This document shows, in pieces, positions 18,907 to 28,798 of a stretch of DNA of 64,000 nt. The notes under the pieces are model-generated. The model was not told where the DNA came from. It saw only the letters and a list, made by a program, of their open reading frames with translations, and ran no database searches. This DNA comes from Escherichia phage ph0011, in the sequence record OP557969.1; one strand, 5' to 3'. The translations under genes and the position numbers were made by a program. The stretch's first letter is position 1. Each line of letters starts with the position of its first letter.

Positions 18907-19215
18907 ATGTCACAAATATGTTATGTTATCATAAATTCTGCGTGGCCTGATTATGTTAAGATTGGGTTCACATCAAAATCCGAAATGACTGAGCGTTTGA
19001 GAACATATCAGACAGCTACACCTTTCAGAGATTTTGAGGTATACCATGAGGTGTATTTTGATGATGCACGTTTGGCTGAAAAAGAAATTCATAAAAGACT
19101 AAAGCAAATGAATGCAATTAGACAACCGAACACTGAGTGGTTTAAAATGTCTAAAAAGATCGCCGCAAACATTATTGACTCCATAAGGGATGATATGGAT
19201 AATGATATGTTATAG
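18907..19215 (+). CDS. T5orf172 / GIY-YIG-like domain protein
   Basis: Pattern CYVIIN...YVKIGFTS...RL..YQT...EWFK fits the T5orf172 domain consensus; GGAG precedes the ATG at 18907 (the track ORF starts at 18889). Confidence 0.45.
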   Translation: MSQICYVIINSAWPDYVKIGFTSKSEMTERLRTYQTATPFRDFEVYHEVYFDDARLAEKEIHKRLKQMNAIRQPNTEWFKMSKKIAANIIDSIRDDMDNDML

Positions 19216-19255
19216 GAATAAATATAGTATATATTAATCATAAAGGGATTTATAC

Positions 19256-20869
19256 ATGAGCATAAGTTTTAATAACCCACTGGATACAATGACCAGTACT
19301 GGTGCTAATGGTTCTTTGGAACTAATAGTGCTTGGTGGTACACCAACTAACCCAAGACCTATTCGTTTTAATTCATCATCAGTTATTATGCCAGTAAAAA
19401 CATTACCGACTGGTGAACAAGGTGCAATGGTTTTTGATAGAAACGAATTAGTGTTAAAGTATCATAATGGTACTAGTTGGATTGCAATATACGACAATGA
19501 TACTATTTTAGAACCAATTAGGGTTTCGTTGGATGAAGTAAACAGAAAATTAAACTTAAAGGTTGAAAGTGTAACATACAGTAGTAGTTCTGTTCCAAGT
19601 GCAAGTATCAGTGGAACAAACTTAAACATCGTATTCCCTACTGTTTCTAGTGGTGGTGGTTCAGGGCCAACTGGCCTTTATACTTCACTTAAACCTGGTG
19701 TTATCACACAGTACGCATTGACTTCTGGTCAAAACGTTGCTAGTATACGTGAACAAATGTCTGGACAAACCAATGGTCAAAATGGACGAAATGGTTCGCA
19801 AGCTGCTCCATGGAAAACATCAGATGGATGGTGCTTTGCTGATGGTATGTGGTGGCAATGGGAAGGTGAAAATGGCACAGTTACTAAACAAGTACCAAAT
19901 CTTAACAGAAACGCGTATTTAAAAGGGATATCCACATCAGGGGTAACCAAAACGGATAGTGTTATTGGGAGCAGTGGTAACATTAGCGGAACTGTTTTGA
20001 GTGTAGCACAATTGCCTTCACATTCATTTAGTTTTAGCGGAAGAACTGATGCTGCTGGTCGCCACAGCCATAGTCAAGCACTAAAAGGTATGGACCGAAG
20101 TGGTCTAAATGCGTTAACATCAAGTAATGATAACGGTATACCAACAGTAATTAGTAACATTAATGAAGCACCAGACCATGTTCACTCATTTAGTGGAAAC
20201 ACAAACACACTTGGTGGGAATCAGCCACATTATCATGGTATCAGTAATGTTGATGTTGAGCACTTTAACGTGGCATATTTATATAACATTGCAGAATCAA
20301 ACGTAGCACTGAGTGAAAAAGTAGCAAATACGCGTTATGTACTGAAATCAGGTGATACAATGACTGGTTCTTTAACTATTGCCAACAGTGCATCTATTAA
20401 GTCTAATGATACATCATTAGTTCTATATTTCCGTAACGCAAGCGGCGGTGAACGTGCGGCTGTTTACCATAATTCATCAAACAACACGTTGCGATTACGT
20501 TCCGGTGGTGCTGAAGTAGCAGTAAACTCTTCAGGTAACTTGTCTGCTCCTTCATTAACTGTTTCTAATAATTCAGCTACTGTTGGTGGTAAAAATATTG
20601 TTCGCACTATCAATGGTACAGCGGCTGATGGTAATGGTAATGTTTCATTGCAAATTAATTCGAATAACGTACAAAGTATTCGTTTGAGTGCAAGAATTGA
20701 AACAAGTAAAATTCCAGATTCTTCATGGACATACGCACCTGAAGGTGCACTCATGGATGGTGTATGGATTTCAGTGAACGGTAGTTCAGGAACTCATTTG
20801 GAACGTATTAGCTATCGTTATATTCAAATGCAGGTAAATGGCAATTGGGAAACGGTACGACAACAATAA
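19256..20869 (+). CDS. Tail fiber protein with HxH metal-binding motifs
   Basis: Ser/Gly/Thr/Asn-rich 537-aa protein; three HxH motifs (RHSHS, DHVHS, PHYHG at 20058..20238); followed by a tail fiber assembly gene. Confidence 0.5.
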   Translation: MSISFNNPLDTMTSTGANGSLELIVLGGTPTNPRPIRFNSSSVIMPVKTLPTGEQGAMVFDRNELVLKYHNGTSWIAIYDNDTILEPIRVSLDEVNRKLNLKVESVTYSSSSVPSASISGTNLNIVFPTVSSGGGSGPTGLYTSLKPGVITQYALTSGQNVASIREQMSGQTNGQNGRNGSQAAPWKTSDGWCFADGMWWQWEGENGTVTKQVPNLNRNAYLKGISTSGVTKTDSVIGSSGNISGTVLSVAQLPSHSFSFSGRTDAAGRHSHSQALKGMDRSGLNALTSSNDNGIPTVISNINEAPDHVHSFSGNTNTLGGNQPHYHGISNVDVEHFNVAYLYNIAESNVALSEKVANTRYVLKSGDTMTGSLTIANSASIKSNDTSLVLYFRNASGGERAAVYHNSSNNTLRLRSGGAEVAVNSSGNLSAPSLTVSNNSATVGGKNIVRTINGTAADGNGNVSLQINSNNVQSIRLSARIETSKIPDSSWTYAPEGALMDGVWISVNGSSGTHLERISYRYIQMQVNGNWETVRQQ

Positions 20870-20875
20870 GGAAAT

Positions 20876-21391
20876 GTGCAAATGCAACTAACTAATTTTA
20901 AGATGTACGATAAAGAAGATGGAAATCCAAATTCTTTGTATATGATGTCCGATGAAGGCATGGATTGGTATGAATCTCGTGGTCTGTTTGACATTAACAA
21001 AGCCAAATTTATGTATGATGCCAATGGATTGATAGTTTCTGCATCATATGACATTTATGATCTAGTACCTTTGGGGTTTAGTGTTTCTGAAATTGAGTAC
21101 GATGGTGACGTTAACAAACTTTATGGTATGATTTATGATGGTAAAACTATCAAGGAGTATGTAGAAACCAAAGAAGAAAAGATTGAACGTCTTAAGATTG
21201 AATTGGAAAAATTAAAATACTCTGCAATTCAACAGCTTGGGCATTTGAAAACAGCTATGGATCTTGAGTTAGCATCAGATGAAGAAGCTGTATTGTTTGC
21301 AAAATTAAAAGAGTATGTAACACAATTGTCGTCAATTAAACCAGTAGATATGGTCAAAAAAACATTTTCATTTCCAGTCAAACCTGAATAA
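20876..21391 (+). CDS. Tail fiber assembly chaperone (Tfa / gp38-like)
   Basis: 171 aa immediately downstream of the fiber gene; composition and C-terminal helical region typical of Tfa proteins. Confidence 0.45.
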   Translation: MQMQLTNFKMYDKEDGNPNSLYMMSDEGMDWYESRGLFDINKAKFMYDANGLIVSASYDIYDLVPLGFSVSEIEYDGDVNKLYGMIYDGKTIKEYVETKEEKIERLKIELEKLKYSAIQQLGHLKTAMDLELASDEEAVLFAKLKEYVTQLSSIKPVDMVKKTFSFPVKPE

Positions 21392-21427
21392 AAATTGAGA
21401 CAGCACTGAAATGTATGATACAATTTA

Positions 21428-21464
21428 GTCATCTCACCAGCGGTGGTGAGGTGACATTTTTTTT
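21428..21464 (+). terminator. Rho-independent terminator after the tail fiber module
   Basis: 11-bp stem (GTCATCTCACC / GGTGAGGTGAC, one G-U pair), 5-nt loop, then A-TTTTTTTT. Confidence 0.65.
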
Positions 21465-21474
21465 CAAAACAAAC

Positions 21475-21792
21475 ATGGAGAAATACAAAATGGCTAAATC
21501 CAAAAAAGAAGTTAAAGTTGAAATTCGTGATCTAAACGATGAACAGCGTAAACGTCTCGGTGATGCACTTAACAACATCGTAGTCCAACTAACTTTTATC
21601 GATGATACTAAAGCATCTTTATCTGATTTTGTTTCTAGTGTTTCAGACGAACTTGGTATTGATGCATCCGATATCAAACAAGCGGCACAACGTATGTACA
21701 AAGGTGATTACTTTGACAAACAAAGTAAACTAGATAATATTGAAACTATTCTAAGTGTTACCAACAATCTTCCACAAGCAGACGATTACTAA
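21475..21792 (+). CDS. Hypothetical protein
   Basis: The track ORF starts at 21415 inside the terminator hairpin; the likely true start is MEKYKMAKSKK at 21475. Confidence 0.35.
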   Translation: MEKYKMAKSKKEVKVEIRDLNDEQRKRLGDALNNIVVQLTFIDDTKASLSDFVSSVSDELGIDASDIKQAAQRMYKGDYFDKQSKLDNIETILSVTNNLPQADDY

Positions 21793-21871
21793 TTTGTAAT
21801 AAAATATATTAAATTGCCTCCATGGACGGAGGCATTATTTTTAACTTAATAAACGTAAGGGAATACTAACG

Positions 21872-24800
21872 ATGTATATCGATGCTTATATGGAACGTAA
21901 ACGTACTGGTGATATTCTTCATGTTGTTGAACGTAAAAATGGTAAACGTATTCTACGTGAATTAGATCCAGTATATGAATATTACGTTGAATCTCCCCAA
22001 GGTACACACAAAACTGTGTATGGTACAATGGCTAAACATTTTGAGTTTCAAACACAAGCTCAAATGAATAAAAGTGTAGAGCAGCACAAAAGTGAAGGTC
22101 TACGTATTTTTGAAAGTGATTGTAACATTACATTTAAAACACTAGCAAAAGAATATATGGGGAAAGGCTCACCGGACTTGAATATTGTTTTCTTCGATAT
22201 CGAGACTGATTTCCATAAGAAATTTGGCTATGCCCCGCCATCAGACCCATTCAACCGTGTAACAGCCATTTCCCTATATCAATCATGGACCGGAAAAGAT
22301 TATGTACTTACTTTACCACCTGATGATATGGAAATTTATGAAGCACAGGACATTGTTCGCAAACTAAATGAAGAAACAAACGATCCTAACAGTACTGTAA
22401 TTCTATATACAGACGAAAAGGAAATGTTTATGGAATTCTTTAGTTTAATTGATGATTCTGATATTATTTCAGGATGGAATAGTGAATTCTTTGATATTCC
22501 ATATATGATCAATAGAACTAAAAAAATCTTCAATGAAGCAACAACTGCACGTTGGTGTTTGTGGAATAAAAAACCAACTTCGCGTGAAGCCGATAACTTT
22601 GGAAAAATAGTTCAAACTTATGATCTGATTGGTCGTGTTCATCTTGACTACTTGGCATTGTATAAAAAACATGCTGGTCAGGTTGAACAATCTTATAAAC
22701 TGGATTATATTGCAGAAAAAGTAACTAAAGAAAATAAAGTATCATATGAAGGTTCACTAGATAAACTTTACAGAGAAGATTATATTACTTTCTTACGATA
22801 TTCCAAACAAGATAGCATTCTACTTAAAAAGATTGATGCAAAGTGTGACTACATCAACCTGCACAATCGCCTGGCACATAAAGAATGCGTTCTTATTAGT
22901 ACAACAATGGGTTCTGTTGCACTTATTGACACAGCTATTATTAACTTAGCACATGCACGTGGTGAAGTTGTTTTTAACAAAGCACCCAAAGATGATGTTG
23001 AGTTTGATCCTGAAATGGAATATTATGGTGAAGATGGAATTGATGGAGAAGAGAAAATCAGTGCAAAAGCAGCAGGGGCATGGGTACAAGATCCAGTACT
23101 AGGACTTGTGAGTGACCTTGGGTGTACTGACTTTAACTCACTTTATCCTACTGTCCTACGTACTTTAGGTATGAGTACTGAATGTATTCTTGGACAACTA
23201 CGACAAGATTACACAGATGCGTATCTTGCAGATAAAATCCAGGAACAGAAGAGCAAATCTAAATCAAAATCATTTGAACCTGATTGGACTGCTGCATGGC
23301 ATGGTTTGTTTGCCGCAGTAGAGTTTACAATGGTCCATGAAAAGTCAGAAGAAACATTGATTGTGGACTTAGAAGATGGTAGTTCCTTCAAAGCAACTGG
23401 TAAGGAACTATATGATATTATTTTTGCAGAAGATAGCACGATTGTTCTTAGTGCAAACGGAACATTGTTTGATAAATCTAAATCAGGTGTAATTCCAGAT
23501 ATTCTTACACAATGGTATTCTGAACGTAAAGCCCAGCAAAAAATGGTTATTGATTACAAACATATGTGTACGGATGGCTGGGAGTTTAATGGTCATGAAA
23601 AAGTTGAACCATTGCTATCCAACTATACACATGGAACTATGTTTAGAACCAATATCCATGATAACGATCCAGTATACTTACTTCGTAAAGAAATTGGTAA
23701 AGGACAATGGGATGAAGTTGCTAAGTTGATTGTTGAAAACGGCTTAATCCTAAAAGAAGGTCGCATTTTTTGTCCAAACGAAGAAAAAGAGTACTTTAAA
23801 CAGCGTAGTGCTTTCTGGAAACAGAACCAACAGATTCGTAAAATTCTTCTAAACAGTCTATATGGTGCACTATTGAACAAAGGTTCTCGTTTCTTTGATA
23901 AACGTTTAGGTCAATCTGTTACATTAACTGGTCGTTCAATGACTAAGCACATGGCAAGTCGTATCAATGAAATCACAACTGGTGAATATATCCACCACGG
24001 TGGTTCTGTAATTTACGGTGATACTGACTCCGTTTACTTTAGTGTGACACATTATCTGAAAGAACAAGGCATCCCATATAATTTATCAAAAGAAGAAATT
24101 GTTGATATGTATATTAAAATTGGTGAAGAAGTTGGTGAATCTTTCCCAACATTTATGCATGAAATGTTCAACACTGGTATTGAAAAAGGTAAGATTGTCG
24201 GTGCAGACCTTGAGATGGTTGGTTCCCGTGGATTATTCTTGAAGAAAAAACGTTATGCAATCTTGAAGTACTGGGAAGATGGCTTCCGTAAAGATATTGA
24301 TGGTAAACCCGGTGAAATCAAAGCAATGGGTCTTGAGATTAAACGTTCAGATACACCAAAATACATCCAGAACTTCCTAGAAGAGACACTAATTGCACTA
24401 CTGGTAGGTGAGAGTGAACAGCAATTAAAACAGCGTGTACGTGCTTTTAAAGATGTATTTAAGGACATGCCAGTATACGAAAAAGGATCACCAAAAACCG
24501 TAAAAAATTACACTAATTTAGAGGCAGAATATCAACTAACTGGTAAGTGTAAGGTTGGTCATGTTCTTGCTGGTATTCAATGGAATCGTCTTCGTGAAAT
24601 TTATGATGATAAAACAGTACCAGAAGTAACTGATGGAACAAAAGTGATTGTCTGTAACTTAAAAGATAACCCTATGGGAATTAAAGCTGTTGGTTATCCA
24701 ATTGACTGTGTTGAGTATCTTCCAGAATGGTTCTTGGAATTACCATTTGATACTGAAAAAATGGAAGAGATTGTCCTGACTAAAAAATTAGAGAATATTT

Positions 24801-24877
24801 TTGGTATTTTAGATATGGATATTGGTATTCATGAAAAAAGTACTGCATCAGTAAACAATGGATTCTTCACTTGGTAA
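21872..24877 (+). CDS. 43: DNA polymerase gp43 (family B)
   Basis: Exo I motif FFDIETD, KILLNSLYGAL, YGDTDS polymerase motif; 1001 aa. Confidence 0.9.
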   Translation: MYIDAYMERKRTGDILHVVERKNGKRILRELDPVYEYYVESPQGTHKTVYGTMAKHFEFQTQAQMNKSVEQHKSEGLRIFESDCNITFKTLAKEYMGKGSPDLNIVFFDIETDFHKKFGYAPPSDPFNRVTAISLYQSWTGKDYVLTLPPDDMEIYEAQDIVRKLNEETNDPNSTVILYTDEKEMFMEFFSLIDDSDIISGWNSEFFDIPYMINRTKKIFNEATTARWCLWNKKPTSREADNFGKIVQTYDLIGRVHLDYLALYKKHAGQVEQSYKLDYIAEKVTKENKVSYEGSLDKLYREDYITFLRYSKQDSILLKKIDAKCDYINLHNRLAHKECVLISTTMGSVALIDTAIINLAHARGEVVFNKAPKDDVEFDPEMEYYGEDGIDGEEKISAKAAGAWVQDPVLGLVSDLGCTDFNSLYPTVLRTLGMSTECILGQLRQDYTDAYLADKIQEQKSKSKSKSFEPDWTAAWHGLFAAVEFTMVHEKSEETLIVDLEDGSSFKATGKELYDIIFAEDSTIVLSANGTLFDKSKSGVIPDILTQWYSERKAQQKMVIDYKHMCTDGWEFNGHEKVEPLLSNYTHGTMFRTNIHDNDPVYLLRKEIGKGQWDEVAKLIVENGLILKEGRIFCPNEEKEYFKQRSAFWKQNQQIRKILLNSLYGALLNKGSRFFDKRLGQSVTLTGRSMTKHMASRINEITTGEYIHHGGSVIYGDTDSVYFSVTHYLKEQGIPYNLSKEEIVDMYIKIGEEVGESFPTFMHEMFNTGIEKGKIVGADLEMVGSRGLFLKKKRYAILKYWEDGFRKDIDGKPGEIKAMGLEIKRSDTPKYIQNFLEETLIALLVGESEQQLKQRVRAFKDVFKDMPVYEKGSPKTVKNYTNLEAEYQLTGKCKVGHVLAGIQWNRLREIYDDKTVPEVTDGTKVIVCNLKDNPMGIKAVGYPIDCVEYLPEWFLELPFDTEKMEEIVLTKKLENIFGILDMDIGIHEKSTASVNNGFFTW

Positions 24878-25027
24878 GGAGTAATATTATGGTTATTGTA
24901 AATGAAATTGAGCTAAACTATGACGAAGTAAATGATACTTTCACTAATGCAATGTTGAATATTACTGAAGAAAGTGTAAATGAGGCATGGGAAAAATATG
25001 TAGAATGGACTTCATTACAAGGTAAAA

Positions 25028-25327
25028 ATGATGAGTAATATATATAAGCGTATTGGTGAAGTACTAGAAGGCAATGGTATCATCAATTCTGTACTAGCAT
25101 ACGATAATGATGAAGAAGTAGTTCTAATTGGTGCGGGTTTTACCCGTACTGGTTCTGTTGAAGTTGATGGCGAGATTGTTGATGTTTATACTCTTGTGAA
25201 AAAGCGTAAAGTTGTTTTTGTAGACGATGTGCATACATTAAAAGACTTAGAAAAATTACGCAATAAAATTGGCATGAGTTCTACAATTGATAAGCCTTAT
25301 CTTAAACGTTGGAACACAAAATTCTGA
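25028..25327 (+). CDS. Hypothetical protein (99 aa)
   Basis: ORF in track between polymerase and clamp. Confidence 0.3.
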   Translation: MMSNIYKRIGEVLEGNGIINSVLAYDNDEEVVLIGAGFTRTGSVEVDGEIVDVYTLVKKRKVVFVDDVHTLKDLEKLRNKIGMSSTIDKPYLKRWNTKF

Positions 25328-25425
25328 TAAAAATGAGACAAGCACCATTTTTGAGATATAATGGTGCTTGTAGTAATCTGACATAAACACATTTTTGATT
25401 AACAAATAAAACGGAGAATTATATA

Positions 25426-26157
25426 ATGGATCTACGCAACGTACTACGTGACCTAGTTAACACCACCAGCAGCATCGATTTTTCTTGTATCGCAGTGAGT
25501 AGTGAAGACCGTGGTGAAGGACAACGTGTATATATGGAAGCGTATACAGATGACCGAACTCTTGTTATGCGTGCATATACAAAAGAAGATGTTCCTGAAG
25601 TTCAGGGTCGTTTTGGTCTAGGAAACCTAGGTCTTCTTCAGGGTCTAATGTCCCTTAAAACGTACAGTACTGAAGGAACTACCATTACATCTAATGTTAA
25701 AGATGGTTCAGTTAAAAGTTTAGGATTTAAATCAGAAGATGCAAGTACTACATTTATGGTACAAGCAGAAAAACTTATTCCAGTTCAACCACGTTTCCAT
25801 GAACAACCATATGACGTACAGGTTATTCCTAGTGCTGCTAAAGTTCAAGAACTAAAAAGTTTTTCTGGTGTATTCAAATCATTTAGTTCTCTCGTAACAC
25901 CATACACTGAAGGAGACACTCTATACTTTCATGTTGGTGAGAAAAACAAAAGCAATCACGTTGGGTCATTAGCTTTTTCTAAAACTGAAGGTGAATTGGG
26001 TCTTGGATTTGGATACAATATTGATCGTGTACTTCAAGCACTGTCCCGTGTATCTAATGCTGAATCTGTATCACTCGGAATTACCAAAACTGGTATGCTA
26101 AATGTAACGCTTGATACTGGTATTGCAGTATACAAATTTTACGTAACAGGTTGCTAA
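25426..26157 (+). CDS. 45: Sliding clamp gp45-like
   Basis: 243 aa; local similarity to T4 gp45 as recalled from memory (GLGNLGLLQGLMSL vs LNGFLGILSL); adjacent to the polymerase. Confidence 0.5.
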   Translation: MDLRNVLRDLVNTTSSIDFSCIAVSSEDRGEGQRVYMEAYTDDRTLVMRAYTKEDVPEVQGRFGLGNLGLLQGLMSLKTYSTEGTTITSNVKDGSVKSLGFKSEDASTTFMVQAEKLIPVQPRFHEQPYDVQVIPSAAKVQELKSFSGVFKSFSSLVTPYTEGDTLYFHVGEKNKSNHVGSLAFSKTEGELGLGFGYNIDRVLQALSRVSNAESVSLGITKTGMLNVTLDTGIAVYKFYVTGC

Positions 26158-26224
26158 TATATATAACGGGGAATGTAATATTCCCCACTACTTAGTTTTA
26201 TTTAAAAGTAAAGGAATACAAAAA

Positions 26225-26431
26225 ATGCCATTATATACATATCGTTGTGAAAAAGAAGAATGCAAGCATAGCATTGAAAAAATTGTTAAAATTGCAAATC
26301 GTGATGAACCTCATGATTGTCCTAAATGTAATGGTGAAAAAACTATGAAGTTGGAAGTGTTCACTCCAGGTGATAAAGGTGCTAATCTTTATTTTCGTGG
26401 AAAATGGTTTGCAAATACTGGGGGCTACTAA
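26225..26431 (+). CDS. Small zinc-ribbon protein
   Basis: 68 aa with C-x5-C ... C-x2-C arrangement (CEKEECK ... CPKCNG). Confidence 0.4.
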   Translation: MPLYTYRCEKEECKHSIEKIVKIANRDEPHDCPKCNGEKTMKLEVFTPGDKGANLYFRGKWFANTGGY

Positions 26432-26432
26432 T

Positions 26433-26732
26433 ATGAAAATTAAAATGATTAATGATTATGTACTTGTTCGCCAAATTGAAGCACAGAATAAAAGTTCTGG
26501 TGGTATTATTCTTGGTAATGTTGAACCACCTTGCATTGGTATGGTAATTTCAGTTGGGCCTGGTAAAATCTTACCTAATGGACAATTAGCAGAGCACAAT
26601 ATTAAAGAAGGTGATATGGTTGTATTTGGACGCTCTTCATTGAACACCCCACTCACTGAAGATCTTGGTGGTGGTGAAGATACATATTATGTAATGAAAA
26701 TTGAAGAGATTTTTGGTAAGAAAAATGGCTAA
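26433..26732 (+). CDS. GroES-like co-chaperonin (functional analog of T4 gp31)
   Basis: MKIKMINDYVLVRQIEAQNKSSGGIILG...VISVGPG...EGDMVVF aligns with the canonical GroES pattern; the track ORF starts earlier at 26370. Confidence 0.7.
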   Translation: MKIKMINDYVLVRQIEAQNKSSGGIILGNVEPPCIGMVISVGPGKILPNGQLAEHNIKEGDMVVFGRSSLNTPLTEDLGGGEDTYYVMKIEEIFGKKNG

Positions 26733-27450
26733 AAAGAAATTCATACCATTTTGGCTTGTCCCTGCACATTGGGGACTTTCTGGAAAAGCAAAAGAGATTG
26801 CCAAAGCATACTACTACAATGATGATTATGAAGCTGATATGAAAGTTGCAGAATTGACATATTTAACTCCATATGAAGTAGAAGTAGCACATTTAGATAT
26901 TAAAAAGAAATATAATGTAATTGGAGAACTTGAATATCTAATCGCAGTACTTGATGTGGACCTTAAATATTCTAAAATTACACGTGAACAGTATGACGTT
27001 AAAGTTCTTGATGCAAAATTAAGTACTGGAACTATTACTGAAAAAGAATATGACATGGAAATTATCGAGTTAATGCCAGACGGTGATGAAAAAAGGCTGA
27101 AGGCAATTGAATATGCATATCGATATGATGAAATCACACAAAGTGAATATTCTAAGGAAATATACACACTTCGTAAAGAGCCGTGGATTGATTTAGACGT
27201 GGTTCTTGACCCTGATACGAATGAAGTTGAGTTTGTGTTTGATTATAATGAGTATTTCTGGAAAAAGTTGAAGGCTGAAGGCCATCCAGGTAATGACGAA
27301 GAAGAGATTATTGATAATTTTGTTAGAGACTTAGGTCGTAAACTTGCCACGGATGATTTCAGTGATGATTATGACACAAAGTTGGTGAGTGCGAACGAAG
27401 GATTAGACAAGCTACCTGGTTTGCCTGAAGGTTTTCGTTCATATAGATGA
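26725..27450 (+). CDS. Hypothetical protein with internal repeats
   Basis: Likely start MAKKKF at 26725 (track ORF starts at 26701); repeated EYD/EYS-containing segments. Confidence 0.3.
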   Translation: MAKKKFIPFWLVPAHWGLSGKAKEIAKAYYYNDDYEADMKVAELTYLTPYEVEVAHLDIKKKYNVIGELEYLIAVLDVDLKYSKITREQYDVKVLDAKLSTGTITEKEYDMEIIELMPDGDEKRLKAIEYAYRYDEITQSEYSKEIYTLRKEPWIDLDVVLDPDTNEVEFVFDYNEYFWKKLKAEGHPGNDEEEIIDNFVRDLGRKLATDDFSDDYDTKLVSANEGLDKLPGLPEGFRSYR

Positions 27451-27455
27451 AATAT

Positions 27456-27487
27456 AAAAAGGAGAGCATATGCTCTCCTTTTCTTTT
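27456..27487. terminator. Bidirectional rho-independent terminator between convergent genes
   Basis: Perfect 18-nt palindrome GGAGAGCATATGCTCTCC flanked by an A-tract and a T-tract. Confidence 0.65.
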
Positions 27488-27493
27488 GATATA

Positions 27494-28183
27494 TTAAACC
27501 AATGCTGGGAGGTATTTGAATAGTTTAATACCGAAATCACCTGCTGCATCAGCGGCCTGTGAACGAAGATACACTTCAGTGACACCATCTTTTGCCAATA
27601 GCGGAACACCAGTTAGGTCATCGATTAGTAGGCGACCTTCTTCATATTCAGTACTTGGAACACCTTGTGGTGATTTGAGATCTTTATTAAAGACACTAGC
27701 ACGTTCAACAAGGAATGTGATAACAGAAGCATCATCAATGCTAACGCTACCAGCACTCATAACACCATCAGGTGCGTTGGAGAAACCAGTAACCGGAAAC
27801 GCTTCAGCACCACTTCCTGCAATGTTGGATGTGGCAATAACAACTGCACGCTGTTGCACAACGTCTACGATGCGTTTGACGTTGGTTTGTGCTGCATAGG
27901 ATGCATTGTAATCTGATTCTAGTGATTCTAGAACGAAAGCAGAACCATCAACACGCTTGATACCTTTATCATTTAGGTATGCTAGAATTTCTTCTGGGAT
28001 ATCAGTGTTTAGAAAACGTTGTAAACCTACATAAGAGGAAACTGCTCCTGTTACAAGAACGTTCACGTCACCAAGTTTACTAATAGCAATAGATGCTAGG
28101 GCGTTAGTACCACAAAAGTAACCTAGAATACGCTCAAATGAATACCCATTGATACGTTCAAAAGAAGTATTAGTATTTGACAT
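27494..28183 (-). CDS. Putative late/structural protein, paralog B
   Basis: Shares blocks with 28199..28798 (QQRAVVIATS vs QQRAVLVTTS; ERASVFNK vs ERQDVFNK). Confidence 0.4.
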   Translation of the reverse strand: MSNTNTSFERINGYSFERILGYFCGTNALASIAISKLGDVNVLVTGAVSSYVGLQRFLNTDIPEEILAYLNDKGIKRVDGSAFVLESLESDYNASYAAQTNVKRIVDVVQQRAVVIATSNIAGSGAEAFPVTGFSNAPDGVMSAGSVSIDDASVITFLVERASVFNKDLKSPQGVPSTEYEEGRLLIDDLTGVPLLAKDGVTEVYLRSQAADAAGDFGIKLFKYLPALV

Positions 28184-28198
28184 AATATTACCTCTCTA

Positions 28199-28798
28199 TT
28201 ATAGTTGAACTGGAAGAGCAGCACGTACTTTAATAGCTACAGCAGTAGATGCACCTGCATCACCAACACCATCAGTTCCTTGACTTACGAAAGTTTTAGT
28301 ACGAAAAACTTTAGCTTGTGCAATAGATTTAGCTAGGTCAACAGTTGGATCAACTGGAGCAGGACATGCAGAACCTGGACGAACTTCTTGTTTATTAAAT
28401 ACGTCTTGACGTTCACAGATGAAAGTCAATGCAACAGAGTTAGCACCACCTTTAACATCAGTACCGCTAGTACCAAATGCAACTACGTTTGGGTTAGCAT
28501 TTTTAAAATCTTCAGGAATAACAACTTCTGCATCAAGAGCAAGTAGTGAAGTCGTTACAAGAACAGCACGTTGCTGTAGTAGTTGAGTAACCATGAATAG
28601 GTTATATTGTGCATTGCTTAGTGCAGTTTGATATGCATCAGCTTGAGCATCAGAACCATCGGACACAACTTTAGTAGTACCGATTTCAACATCGGCTGGT
28701 AGATCGATTACGATGGTTACAAAACCGTTGTTACCACCCCACCATTCGCGTGCAACACCAGACATACCATAGTTACGGTTAAAAGAATTAAGACTCAT
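28199..28798 (-). CDS. Putative late/structural protein, paralog A
   Basis: Paralog of 27494..28183; the minus strand upstream of its start carries GATAAATA late-promoter-like motifs. Confidence 0.4.
   Translation of the reverse strand: MSLNSFNRNYGMSGVAREWWGGNNGFVTIVIDLPADVEIGTTKVVSDGSDAQADAYQTALSNAQYNLFMVTQLLQQRAVLVTTSLLALDAEVVIPEDFKNANPNVVAFGTSGTDVKGGANSVALTFICERQDVFNKQEVRPGSACPAPVDPTVDLAKSIAQAKVFRTKTFVSQGTDGVGDAGASTAVAIKVRAALPVQL

Noticed and set aside
21872-24877. Possible intein or homing-endonuclease insertion in the DNA polymerase (about 100 aa longer than T4 gp43)
   Set aside because: No LAGLIDADG/HNH block or intein-like C-terminal HN junction was seen; the polymerase motifs are collinear, so the extra length is attributed to ordinary indels.
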